Shown here piece by piece: positions 63,901 to 64,000 of a DNA stretch of 64,000 bases. Source of the DNA: Chara braunii (lineage: Eukaryota; Plantae; Charophyceae). The notes beneath the pieces were generated by a model. The model saw only the letters and a list, made by a program, of their open reading frames with translations, had not been told where the DNA came from and ran no database searches. Both the position numbers and the translations under genes were made by a program. Position 1 is the first letter of the stretch. Every line of letters starts with the position of its first letter. The stretch covers positions 2,340,909 to 2,404,908 of the forward strand of contig BFEA01000003.1 in assembly GCA_003427395.1 (NCBI GenBank). Reading direction: 5' to 3'.

Positions 63901-64000
63901 ACGCCCGCTCATTGCATGCAAGCAATGTGCATCAACACTCATGCACGGAAGCAAGCGTTCGAGACCCAATGAACCCTAGGGCCACACTCATGTACGCAAA

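Overview
Repeat-dense eukaryotic nuclear scaffold with N gaps, from the green-plant lineage. The TBL gene, plastid atpB insert, plant-type U6 and GIY-YIG-first Penelope-like element are consistent with a charophyte alga such as Chara; that assignment is inference. In order: (1) a decayed Ty3/gypsy LTR element (1953-20546) with both LTRs, a Met-type PBS and a 5-bp TSD, containing a nested ~10.8-kb L1/Tx1-like LINE and a hAT-like MITE; (2) a plastid atpB fragment; (3) a non-autonomous TIR element; (4) a U6 retrocopy and a mitochondrial-type tRNA-Gly relic; (5) one host gene, a TBL/PC-esterase O-acetyltransferase, interrupted by a gap and a Nextera adapter artefact; (6) a ~7.5-kb (AATC/AGTC)n tract; (7) a CtIP/Sae2 C-terminal-domain exon; (8) a complete type III hammerhead ribozyme motif with two decayed copies; (9) a Chlamys-type Penelope-like element with its own type I hammerhead; (10) a second gypsy remnant followed by a tandem-PHD plus integrase module. 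The best candidate for something undescribed is the 38.4-49 kb block combining satellite, type III hammerhead and CtIP-like ORF. All assignments come from motif reading and manual base-pairing; no searches were run.
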